Part shown: positions 1-9,192 of the stretch, one piece after another
Layout: every line of letters begins with the position of its first letter
How positions within the stretch are numbered: position 1 is the first letter of the stretch
Virus record (IMG/VR): IMGVR_UViG_3300025623_000002
Source: an uncultured virus (IMG/VR IMGVR_UViG_3300025623_000002)
Taxonomy: Duplodnaviria > Heunggongvirae > Uroviricota > Caudoviricetes
Direction: 5' to 3' (one strand)
Length of the DNA: 64,000 nucleotides
Notes under the pieces: model-generated
What the model was told of the DNA's origin: nothing
Seen by the model: the letters and a program-made list of their open reading frames with translations, nothing else
Databases searched by the model: none
Translations under genes and position numbers: made by a program

Positions 1-58
<58 letters not shown>

Positions 59-789
59 GAGCATGAGAAAGTGAGAAAATGCGATAAACATACTAAAATA
101 TGTGAATCCGGCTCAATTTCAAAGATTTCATTTCTCAACGGCTTGAGAATGACTGAGAATTACATGATAAGTAATTCATATACACCAATGTTACGATATG
201 TAGCATTTTACACTCACACTAGGCGATAGTCCTGTAAATCTATCAAAGAGTTCCCCTTCTTCGGAAAAAGTTCAATTTGATAGTATGCGCCGTGAGAACA
301 GGGGTTTTTTACAATAATAAGAACCGAGGAATGGAACTATCCATAGGAATTATCTGACTTAGCGGAAGGATAAGGAACATGAGGAATTCCATTCTTCAGA
401 AAAAGATAAAGAAGTTTATATTAGAAACTGAATATGGAAAAGATTAGAATTAGTGTTACATGATTAACATACCTTAAATGCCTTCGGGAGTTATACGGCA
501 GTTAATCATTATCTGATTCTAGTTTAAGTAAGTATTCTAGTTTTTAAAAAGATGTTTATGCAAGGAAAGGTGTTCCTTGTGTACTGCGGCCATTAATAAG
601 TAAAAGCATTGTTAATCAAGGAATTTATTTCTTGTGTTTGTTAGTAACATCAGTAGTCAACATCGAATAGTAAAAACTAATTAATAACATTTGACTAATG
701 TGATTACATCACCTTCGCGTAAACCGGCATAGCACGTTTTTTCTTTCCCCATACCTTTCACAAACACTTTTCAGGTATTACCCTGATTT

Positions 790-825
790 GGGGCTTACTA
801 CTTTTTTGCCATTGTAGTAAGTCCC
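790..825. promoter_or_regulatory. 12-bp stem-loop upstream of the helicase gene
   Basis: GGGGCTTACTAC (790-801) pairs with GTAGTAAGTCCC (814-825), one G-U pair; function unknown. Confidence 0.5.
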
Positions 826-1029
826 TTCACACTCAACACTCACTAACGATACATATACCAAGTATGGGACAGTATTATGCTTAGTGAATACTGAGTTAGG
901 TTTTGAACAAGTAATAAATTGTATTATGCACATTGCCCCAAGCGGTACTGTTCTTAATCCTGTGGTGGGATGAACAATTTTCCTAACTATTCACATTCCC
1001 AAATAATAATAATAAAAGAGGAAATAAAA

Positions 1030-2469
1030 ATGATAATAAAAGGAACAAACGAACAAGAAGAAATATGGAAAGAAATGACTTATGGTGATTCACATATGAT
1101 GGTTTATGCTGGTGCTGGCACTGGTAAGACATTCACAATTGTTGAAGGTGCTGAACATGTAGTTGGTAATAAATGCTTTTTAGCATTTAACAAGGCAATT
1201 GCAACTGAATTAGCAAATAAATTACCTGATGATTGTGAAGCAAAAACATTTCATAGTTTAGGTCTATCATCTATTAAGATGGTTAAAAGGAATTGTAAAG
1301 TTGATAATAAGAAAACCTACAACATAGTAAACAACCTAATGGGTAGGAAGTTCAAATCTACATCACAATTAATTAAATTAGTTAGTTTGATTAAATCATC
1401 AATGATTGAATGGGATGATAGAGAATCAATTCAAAAAATAATGGATGAATATAATATTGAGTTTGATGGTGTATTAGAAATGAATAATGCCCTGAAGTAT
1501 CTCCCTACAATAAAGAACAATTGTATGGATTTATCAATCGTTGATTTTGATGATATGATTTGGCTTCCAGTTGTTATGGATTTAAGCGTTAAACATTATG
1601 ATGTAATATTTGTTGATGAAGCACAAGACTTCAATGAAGTTCAAAGACAATTAATTTTGAAAACCTGTAATGGTGGTAGGATGATTGTAGTGGGCGACCC
1701 AAAGCAAGCCATCTATGGATTTAGAGGTGCAGATAGCGCATCAATGAATTTATTTCAAGACACATTAAATCAATCTCCTAGAGGGGTAAAAGATTACACT
1801 CTAAGTATTACTTGGAGATGCCCTAAATCCGTAGTCAAAGAAGCAAATCGTTTCTTTGGTGATTATACATGTCGAGAAGATGCTGAAGAAGGAGTAGTTA
1901 AAACTAATGCAGATTTTGACCCTAAAGTTGGAGATTTAGTTTTATGTAGAACTAATGCACCTTTGATTCAAAGTTGCTTCTCATTAATTTCACAAGGAAT
2001 ACCTGCTTATGTATTAGGTAGGGATATTGGTTATAGTTTGAATCTTCTAGTAAAGAAGGTAACAAAGAATATGGATATGTCTATTGCAGAATTTCTACCT
2101 TTATTAGAAAAACATGTTTCATATCAAGTTGATGTATTAAAGAAAGCAGACAAAGAGCGATTAGTTCAATCTGTTGAAGATAAACATCAATGTATAATTT
2201 ATCTCACTAAAAATGCAAGTAGTGTTCAAGGTATTCTTGATAACATTAAGGCTATATTTGGTGATGGTAAAAAGAGAGGCGTTGTATTCTCTACTATTCA
2301 TAAAGCCAAAGGTCTTGAAAGAGATAACATTTGGATATTAAAACCTGAACTTATGCCTCATCCTATGGCAAAGTCAGCAGCAGATAAGCAGCAAGAAAAG
2401 AATCTTTGTTATGTGGCAATCACAAGAGCAAAGAAAACTTTGAATTATGTAGGTGAGAGAATTGGTTAA
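1030..2469 (+). CDS. Superfamily 1 (UvrD/Rep-like) helicase
   Basis: Walker A AGAGTGKT, VDEAQD, VGDPKQAIYGFRGA, STIHKAKGLE, YVAITRAK; start moved to ATG 1030 after GAGGAAATAAAA. Confidence 0.95.
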   Translation: MIIKGTNEQEEIWKEMTYGDSHMMVYAGAGTGKTFTIVEGAEHVVGNKCFLAFNKAIATELANKLPDDCEAKTFHSLGLSSIKMVKRNCKVDNKKTYNIVNNLMGRKFKSTSQLIKLVSLIKSSMIEWDDRESIQKIMDEYNIEFDGVLEMNNALKYLPTIKNNCMDLSIVDFDDMIWLPVVMDLSVKHYDVIFVDEAQDFNEVQRQLILKTCNGGRMIVVGDPKQAIYGFRGADSASMNLFQDTLNQSPRGVKDYTLSITWRCPKSVVKEANRFFGDYTCREDAEEGVVKTNADFDPKVGDLVLCRTNAPLIQSCFSLISQGIPAYVLGRDIGYSLNLLVKKVTKNMDMSIAEFLPLLEKHVSYQVDVLKKADKERLVQSVEDKHQCIIYLTKNASSVQGILDNIKAIFGDGKKRGVVFSTIHKAKGLERDNIWILKPELMPHPMAKSAADKQQEKNLCYVAITRAKKTLNYVGERIG

Positions 2470-2617
2470 GTGTGAAGAATGTAAAGATACAGGTTTAGTA
2501 GCAGTGCAACTTCCTGAAGGTGGTTTAGTGGTTGAACCATGTATGCCATGTTCTATGGAAGATTATATTAAATATATAGATACATTAGATTTCTATGATA
2601 AACATGGAATTAATTAA
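2462..2617 (+). CDS. Small zinc-finger protein (51 aa, not in ORF track)
   Basis: TTG start after AGGTGAG; MVKCEECKDTG...EPCMPC; overlaps helicase stop. Confidence 0.6.
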   Translation: MVKCEECKDTGLVAVQLPEGGLVVEPCMPCSMEDYIKYIDTLDFYDKHGIN

Positions 2618-2857
2618 TACTTTAAGGATAATTAAGAATTAGTATTATTACATGCGAAATGGTTCTGGTGATAACTACTGGTGATAACAATGTTGCTATT
2701 GGACACAAAGCAGGATGTAAAAAGTGTGTTTTTAGCCTAAAAACAGTGTTTTTTATGTTGTAAAATTTATGCGAAATAAAAAAAGTAGATATTGTGGTAG
2801 GGATAGAAGGTTTCATAAAGGAATAAAATGTTTTGATGTATTGCCTTCTCGGTGTGA

Positions 2858-3157
2858 TTGTTAATCATGCCAATAGAAGATTTTAGTCGTAAACATTATG
2901 CAAGATTTACTAATGGAGTAGTGTGTATAGATGATGTTCAAGCATTCACATGGAGTAAATTAAAACCTAATGATGAGTTAACTAAATTTATCTATCCTTC
3001 AACAAGAAAGGGGGATGTGTATAAAATAGTTTTATTCTTAAAAGGTGGACAGAATTTTATCACTGCAACTAGTAGAAAAAACCTTAAAAAAATAATAACT
3101 AGATTTAAGGCTCAAAAAACCCTTTTAGGAGAGGATGAGTTATGGGAAGAGGAATAG
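2858..3157 (+). CDS. Hypothetical protein
   Basis: 99-aa ORF, GGTGTG upstream, coupled to the next ORF. Confidence 0.65.
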   Translation: MLIMPIEDFSRKHYARFTNGVVCIDDVQAFTWSKLKPNDELTKFIYPSTRKGDVYKIVLFLKGGQNFITATSRKNLKKIITRFKAQKTLLGEDELWEEE

Positions 3158-3345
3158 TAACTGAAGATATAATAAAGAACATACAAGCAATGCAATATCA
3201 TTACAATAAAATGGTTGAAGCATATGAAAAATTACCTACTCTAACGCCAATGAGAAAGGTAATAATAGACGATGCATTAATAGTTATAGGAGCAACTATG
3301 GATGGAGTTTATAATGAATTAAAAGATTATGGCGAACAAATATGA
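3142..3345 (+). CDS. Hypothetical protein
   Basis: 67-aa ORF after GAGGATGAG. Confidence 0.55.
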   Translation: MGRGIVTEDIIKNIQAMQYHYNKMVEAYEKLPTLTPMRKVIIDDALIVIGATMDGVYNELKDYGEQI

Positions 3346-3676
3346 GGAAATAAAAATGAATGAAGAAAAAGAAATTAACCCTTTTATGGGAATGAAAGAA
3401 CAACACAAATATGAGGTAATAAAAATGTATAATAAAGAAAGAAAAAAATTGAATAAGGAATTAAGAATGAGTGCTGCTATACCAAAAGGTATGGAAGATT
3501 TGAATGAAACTACTTGGAAAAATAAGTATAATAATTGTATAATTACAATTGTAAAAAGAATAGTTACAGATACAGGTAATGTTTTTTGGTATTCAAATAC
3601 TGATGAAATATACACTATTAAAGATTTGAATAAACATTGGCATCTTGTTTCTGATACTACCGAAGAAGAGGAATAA
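3329..3676 (+). CDS. Hypothetical protein
   Basis: ORF in tightly packed + strand run; true start may be 3356. Confidence 0.6.
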   Translation: MANKYEEIKMNEEKEINPFMGMKEQHKYEVIKMYNKERKKLNKELRMSAAIPKGMEDLNETTWKNKYNNCIITIVKRIVTDTGNVFWYSNTDEIYTIKDLNKHWHLVSDTTEEEE

Positions 3677-3677
3677 T

Positions 3678-3920
3678 ATGAATAAAGAAAGTAATGTAGA
3701 ATTTAGAATGGTATCTGATGATGAGATGCCACCAATAGTGATAACTATGAATGAAGATGATAAAGTTAAAGTTGTTTTAAATCAAAATAATTTAATATGG
3801 TTATCTCTACATAGAAAAACAATTGGTGGACTACCTGAAGCACTATATTCAAAACTAGATATGCTTCTTGATGGTTTTCTACGAGAACAAAGACATAATG
3901 AAAGGATTGATTTAGAATGA
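3678..3920 (+). CDS. Hypothetical protein
   Basis: ATG at 3678 after GAGGAATAAT (track ORF 3645..3920); ATGA overlap with next gene. Confidence 0.7.
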   Translation: MNKESNVEFRMVSDDEMPPIVITMNEDDKVKVVLNQNNLIWLSLHRKTIGGLPEALYSKLDMLLDGFLREQRHNERIDLE

Positions 3921-5011
3921 ATGCAGATATATTTGAAGAACAACTTAAAATAAAAAGTAATAATTATCCTAGATTGACTGGTAAATTATTAGAATTATCT
4001 AATGCTGATAAATATGATGATGCTAAACAGGAATGGAGAATAACAGGTAAAACTTGGGACACTAATAGACATTATAATAATCATCCTGATGTTTTATTGG
4101 AACTTAATAACCATCCTAGTAATCATAAACATCATTGTTTATGTGGTCATAATATTAGATACCATTTTGAAATAGAAAACACTACAACTAATGTATTAGA
4201 AATAGTAGGTTCTAGTTGTATTAACAATTGGATGGTATTAAGACATATTAATGAGGTATTGAAAATAGATAAGAGAACCATTACTGAAAAGATGATTGAT
4301 GAATGGAAACAAACAGCAGTTCAATCTTTGGTGAAGGATTCATGGTGGGAATTAGATGGTGAAGAGTTTACTAATAATTTTAATAATATAAAGGATTTAG
4401 ATTTAAGAATAAATGTGAAAAAGACAGGAAGGAAATATTGGGATGAAATGTTAAAGGAATACAGACCCCAAACATATATTCGCAAATCAAGTAATGGTAT
4501 ATATGGACACCCTGATTATCAAATGGCTTCAATTGTTTGGAGATGGAATCATCCTGATAATAAACGAAGTCAAATAAATAGTAAGAGGGGATTTCCTAAT
4601 GAAAGACTAATTAATGATATTGCTCATTTTCTTATTAATATGAATAGAATACTTACTATAATTCAAATTGAAGATAAAAAGGATTCAGAAAGGTATCAAG
4701 AATTAGCATTAATTGATAATGTTATTCGTAATGAAATAATTAAAACTAATGAAAATGATTTAGACCAACATCATTTTTTGAAGGGATGTGATTATTTTGG
4801 TATCAGACCATTCACAGCAGGTGAAGCAAGAAATGCTTGGGAACGACGATTTCTGAGAGATATGAGAAGGGTAGTGGTTAATATTCAACAGCCTACAGAA
4901 AAACAAGCCGATAAACTTATTAATATATTAAATAGAAGAAGTATTACAGAAGAAGGGGCGGTTCTTTCCAACGATGAATTTGTTAACCCTGACGATACAA
5001 TGAGGATGTAA
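3917..5011 (+). CDS. Hypothetical protein with a putative Zn-binding motif
   Basis: CLCGH...VGSSCI motif; 364 aa. Confidence 0.75.
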   Translation: MNADIFEEQLKIKSNNYPRLTGKLLELSNADKYDDAKQEWRITGKTWDTNRHYNNHPDVLLELNNHPSNHKHHCLCGHNIRYHFEIENTTTNVLEIVGSSCINNWMVLRHINEVLKIDKRTITEKMIDEWKQTAVQSLVKDSWWELDGEEFTNNFNNIKDLDLRINVKKTGRKYWDEMLKEYRPQTYIRKSSNGIYGHPDYQMASIVWRWNHPDNKRSQINSKRGFPNERLINDIAHFLINMNRILTIIQIEDKKDSERYQELALIDNVIRNEIIKTNENDLDQHHFLKGCDYFGIRPFTAGEARNAWERRFLRDMRRVVVNIQQPTEKQADKLINILNRRSITEEGAVLSNDEFVNPDDTMRM

Positions 5012-5013
5012 AT

Positions 5014-5277
5014 ATGGCAAAGAAAAATAAGAAAATAGAAGAAGAAGTAACGGAAGAAGAATCAGAAGATGTGGCTATGCAAACGCCATTAAATACATTG
5101 CAAGAAGATTTCAATCGTCTTTTAGAATATGCTAAGGGGTTAGAAGGAACTCTTCAGTCATTCAGACAGAAGGTTGATGTTTACGAAGCAATGCAAATAC
5201 AACTACTTGGTGATAAGCGCGAGTTAAAATCGTATATTACACAATTAGAAACAGCACAAAGACAAAGTGAGTCTTAA
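5014..5277 (+). CDS. Small coiled-coil protein
   Basis: Heptad-like L/E/Q pattern, 87 aa. Confidence 0.7.
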   Translation: MAKKNKKIEEEVTEEESEDVAMQTPLNTLQEDFNRLLEYAKGLEGTLQSFRQKVDVYEAMQIQLLGDKRELKSYITQLETAQRQSES

Positions 5278-5301
5278 ACACACAAACATAGAGGAATAAA
5301 A

Positions 5302-5517
5302 ATGGTTAAAGAAATGAAATTAAGAATAATGAATGAAACAGGCGACACAAATTTAGTTGTTAACACAACTGAAATGTGTGAGCAAATAGCAGAACACCCA
5401 ACACATTGGGTTTATGTTGACGGAGATATGATTTCTAGGGAATCTGTAGTCAATGTAGATTGGAATGAAGTTGAGGCTGTTAACTTAGTACCAGCACTTG
5501 TTGGCGGAAGTCAGTAA
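5302..5517 (+). CDS. Ubiquitin-like (beta-grasp, ThiS/MoaD/SAMP-like) protein with GG followed by a 2-aa extension
   Basis: 71 aa; WVYVDG and VNLVPALVGG-SQ C-terminus resemble ThiS/SAMP proteins; RBS GAGGAATAAAA. Confidence 0.8.
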   Translation: MVKEMKLRIMNETGDTNLVVNTTEMCEQIAEHPTHWVYVDGDMISRESVVNVDWNEVEAVNLVPALVGGSQ

Positions 5518-5668
5518 ATCTGTAAATATTAAGTATATCTTACTATAGACTATAGTGTCTATCGGTAATTACTATAGGTCTAGTCTGACTGTTAGTAATC
5601 CCAATAACGGGAGTTGTTATCTAATGGGTGTGAAGCCCATTAAATCTTATTTAAAGGAGAAAAAAAAA

Positions 5669-7591
5669 ATGAATAAAGAAACTGAATTTGCATCAAAAAT
5701 AACACACTTTACTAAATACGCTAAACATAAACCCGAATATAATAGAAGAGAAACATGGGAAGAAACTTGTATTAGAAATCTAATAATGCATCAAAATAAA
5801 ATAACCACCGAATACACAAATATTAACACTCAAAATTTACTTTTACATAAACTATATGATGTTTATGATAATTATGTAATTCCAAAACTAATACTACCAT
5901 CAATGCGCTCTATGCAATTCTCAGGGAGAGCAATAGAACGCTCACCAAATAGAATATACAATTGTGCTTACTTACCAATAGATAATATTTTATCTTTTTC
6001 AGAAACAATGTACCTTCTATTAGGTGGAACAGGTGTAGGTTATTCTGTTCAGCAACATCACATTGAACAATTACCGATAATTAAAAAGGCAACATATCCT
6101 ATGAAGTATATTATTCAAGATACCATTATAGGTTATGCTGATGCAGTAAAGGTTTTAGTTGAATCTAATACAGGAATAATAGACTATAACCCTGTTTTTG
6201 ATTTAAGTGAGATTAGACCTGAAGGAACTTTGTTAAAAACTACTGGTGGTAAATCTCCTGACCCAATGATTCTAAAAAGATGTTTAGAGAATATTTCTAA
6301 TGTTTTTAATAGCAAACAAAATGGAGATAAATTAACCCCTTTAGAATCACATGATATTCTTTGTTATATTGCAGATGCAGTATTAGCAGGTGGTATTAGG
6401 CGTTCAGCAATGATTGCTTTATTTAGTTATGATGATAATGAAATGATTGACTGTAAAAGTGGTGAATGGTGGACTTTTAATGAACAAAGAGGTATGGCGA
6501 ATAATTCTGCTGTATTAGATAGGAATGAAGTTACCCAAAGTGATTTTAAGGTTCTATGGAATAAAGTTCAAAATAATGGTAGCGGAGAACCTGCATTCTA
6601 TTTCACTAACGATACAGAATGGGGAACAAATCCCTGCGTAGAAATAAGTTTAAAACCATATAGTTTCTGTAATCTTTGTGAAGTAAATGTTGCTAATGTT
6701 AAAGACCAATTAGATTTAGAAAATAGAATAGATGCGGCTACATTTTTAGGAACTTTACAAGCAACATATACAGATTTTCATTATTTACGACCTATATGGA
6801 AACAAACAACTGAAGAAGATGCATTAATTGGAATATCTATGACGGGTATTGCTAATAATAGAATTAAAGGATTAAATTTAATTAACGCTAGTGATTTAGT
6901 TAAAGAAAAAAATCAGTATTACTCACAATTAATGAAAATTAATCAAGCGGCAAGAACAACTTGCGTTAAACCTGCTGGAACAACTAGCCTAATATTAGGC
7001 ACAAGTAGTGGTATTCATGCATGGCATTCTAAATACTATATTAGAAGAATGAGAATAGGTAAAAAAGAACCTATTTATAATTATTTATTAGAGAATATTC
7101 CTAAATTAATAGAGTGTGAGATTAAACACAATAAAACTACGGGAGAATCTTATTCTTCAGAACATTCTGCTGTGTTATCATTACCTCAAAAAGCACCCTA
7201 TAAAAATAGCATTGTAAGAGATGATGAATCAGCGTTAGATTTACTTAACCGTATTAAATATATTTCAACTAATTGGGTAAAGAATGGACATAACAATGGT
7301 ATTAACACAAATAATGTATCTGCTACTGTTAGTGTGAAACCTAATGAATGGAAAGAAGTTGGTGAATGGATGTGGGATAACAGAATTTTATACAATGGTA
7401 TAGCATTATTACCGTATGATGGTGGTAATTATACACAAGCACCATTTGAAACTATTGATAAGAATAAATTTGAGGAAATGGTTAATATTATAGAAGATTC
7501 TAATTTTAATCTACAAGATATTGTAGAAATAGATGATAATACTAATCTACAATCCGAAATTGCTTGTGCTGGTGGAACTTGTGAAATTTAA
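5669..7591 (+). CDS. nrdJ: Class II (adenosylcobalamin-dependent) ribonucleotide reductase
   Basis: NPCVE active-site motif, GGIRRSA, KPAGTTS, C-terminal CAGGTCEI; no small subunit nearby; start 5669 after AAGGAG. Confidence 0.9.
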   Translation: MNKETEFASKITHFTKYAKHKPEYNRRETWEETCIRNLIMHQNKITTEYTNINTQNLLLHKLYDVYDNYVIPKLILPSMRSMQFSGRAIERSPNRIYNCAYLPIDNILSFSETMYLLLGGTGVGYSVQQHHIEQLPIIKKATYPMKYIIQDTIIGYADAVKVLVESNTGIIDYNPVFDLSEIRPEGTLLKTTGGKSPDPMILKRCLENISNVFNSKQNGDKLTPLESHDILCYIADAVLAGGIRRSAMIALFSYDDNEMIDCKSGEWWTFNEQRGMANNSAVLDRNEVTQSDFKVLWNKVQNNGSGEPAFYFTNDTEWGTNPCVEISLKPYSFCNLCEVNVANVKDQLDLENRIDAATFLGTLQATYTDFHYLRPIWKQTTEEDALIGISMTGIANNRIKGLNLINASDLVKEKNQYYSQLMKINQAARTTCVKPAGTTSLILGTSSGIHAWHSKYYIRRMRIGKKEPIYNYLLENIPKLIECEIKHNKTTGESYSSEHSAVLSLPQKAPYKNSIVRDDESALDLLNRIKYISTNWVKNGHNNGINTNNVSATVSVKPNEWKEVGEWMWDNRILYNGIALLPYDGGNYTQAPFETIDKNKFEEMVNIIEDSNFNLQDIVEIDDNTNLQSEIACAGGTCEI

Positions 7592-7913
7592 TTTAAAAAA
7601 TTATCCAATACTGTCCCATACAGAAAAAAATAACTTTTTACTTATTGAAGAAGATATAATAGATATTATAGAAAATACAGAGGGTAAATATATTATTAGA
7701 AGTAATTTCAATGCAAGAAAAAAGGGTGAATTATCCCATACTAAATTAATTAAAAATATTGTATATTATGTAATATATGGATATACAATAATAAATACTA
7801 TAGATGAATTAGAGAATTATATCTACTATTCAATAGATGTTAAAATAAATAATAAAAAAAATAAATGGAGAAATAAATATGAAAATAAAAATAGCAATAC
7901 CAACTGTCGGTGA
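7533..7913 (+). CDS. Hypothetical protein
   Basis: AT-rich ORF filling the gap; true start probably GTG 7581. Confidence 0.5.
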   Translation: MIILIYNPKLLVLVELVKFNLKNYPILSHTEKNNFLLIEEDIIDIIENTEGKYIIRSNFNARKKGELSHTKLIKNIVYYVIYGYTIINTIDELENYIYYSIDVKINNKKNKWRNKYENKNSNTNCR

Positions 7914-9192
7914 TAGTGGAAACACAACAAATTCTAGTTTTTTGTTTAGAGCAGAAGAAAAGGACAAATTTCTGTTTAGTAAGTTATACACAAGGGAATA
8001 TGTTAAACCTAACTATATTTATAAAAGTCGTGGTTTAAATAATCGTGGTGAGAAAGTTATTACTTGTGGTAGAGTAACTATAGGAAATAATAACGATGAC
8101 CCTGTTTTACACACTATATCTACAACTATTAATGATTCGTTATTCCCAACAAAGATTAGAGATACGACAAAATCTAATTTTATGAATACTATTACATTTA
8201 AATATATTAATGGTTCTATGATGTTATTTTATGGTAGAACTAATAAAAGATATTATATTAATGGTATGTTGATAAATAAAGCAGACCTTATTAAAGCAAT
8301 AAGTAAAATTATATTAAGGGCTTCATTAACTAGATGTAAAAACCAATTATTTCAGTATATGAGAAAAGTAACACTATTTCCTCATAATGTTCTTTATGCT
8401 TTAGAAAATAGAACACCTTATCATTTTCAACATGAAATGAGAAAAACAGAAGTAGTAATTAATACTAAATTAATTAATGAAGAAGAATGTGTATTAGAAA
8501 TATCTGATGGTATTTGGGGAGCATTAAAAACAAAAGAATTAAGCACTTTTATTGATTATTTTAAATATAATAAGAAGAGAAGTAAAACATGGAAAGTAGG
8601 AATTACTAATGAGTTCTTATGGGAACAATTAATGGGTGAACCACCTTCAAGAACAGAACTATCTAAAATGACGCAGTGGTTATTACAACATAGAACATCT
8701 GATTTAATAGAAGATAGAGCAACTAAATTGTTATTTGATATTTCCGCAGAAAATCCTGCTATTGATTTTGTTCAGTTTCGTAATCCACAAAATAAAGCAT
8801 TATTTGTACATGGAAAATATTCTGATTGGGTTATAGTGTATATTGGTAAAGGTATGAAGCGAGGAAGACAAGATGTAGTAACCTACCAAATTAAAGCCCC
8901 TTCTAAAGAGAAAGGTAATTGGCATGGAATGAAACTTTCAGGTAGTATTTGTATTGATAATGTGTCTAGAGGGTCTAGTATTGGCGACCAATTAGTTGCT
9001 AGAGCATTAGCGTTGGTTGATGAAAGAATAGCGGCACACCACCTTTACACGATTAAACCGTTGATAACCCCTGCATTAATTAGTGGGGATGTAATTATGC
9101 CGAGATTAGATAGAAAGAAATTAAATAGTTGGAATCAATCAAAGGCAAATGAATATACTTTAAAGCAAACACAAAAGAGGAATGTAAAATGA
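7879..9192 (+). CDS. 437-aa protein with a candidate C-terminal E2/UBC-like domain
   Basis: GSICID (Cys358) followed by an amphipathic helix, resembling the E2 GxICLD motif; no HPN motif; ORF is secure, E2 call tentative. Confidence 0.45.
   Translation: MKIKIAIPTVGDSGNTTNSSFLFRAEEKDKFLFSKLYTREYVKPNYIYKSRGLNNRGEKVITCGRVTIGNNNDDPVLHTISTTINDSLFPTKIRDTTKSNFMNTITFKYINGSMMLFYGRTNKRYYINGMLINKADLIKAISKIILRASLTRCKNQLFQYMRKVTLFPHNVLYALENRTPYHFQHEMRKTEVVINTKLINEEECVLEISDGIWGALKTKELSTFIDYFKYNKKRSKTWKVGITNEFLWEQLMGEPPSRTELSKMTQWLLQHRTSDLIEDRATKLLFDISAENPAIDFVQFRNPQNKALFVHGKYSDWVIVYIGKGMKRGRQDVVTYQIKAPSKEKGNWHGMKLSGSICIDNVSRGSSIGDQLVARALALVDERIAAHHLYTIKPLITPALISGDVIMPRLDRKKLNSWNQSKANEYTLKQTQKRNVK

Noticed and set aside
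2671..2715. Template repeat of a diversity-generating retroelement targeting the fibre
   Set aside because: Too short, mismatches are not adenine-specific, and there is no reverse transcriptase in the window
5518..5668. Cobalamin riboswitch upstream of the class II RNR
   Set aside because: Hairpins are present but I could not find the conserved B12-box elements
5555..5668. N-terminal extension of the RNR from GTG 5555
   Set aside because: The AAGGAG RBS and recognisable RNR sequence start at ATG 5669; the upstream part looks like a structured leader
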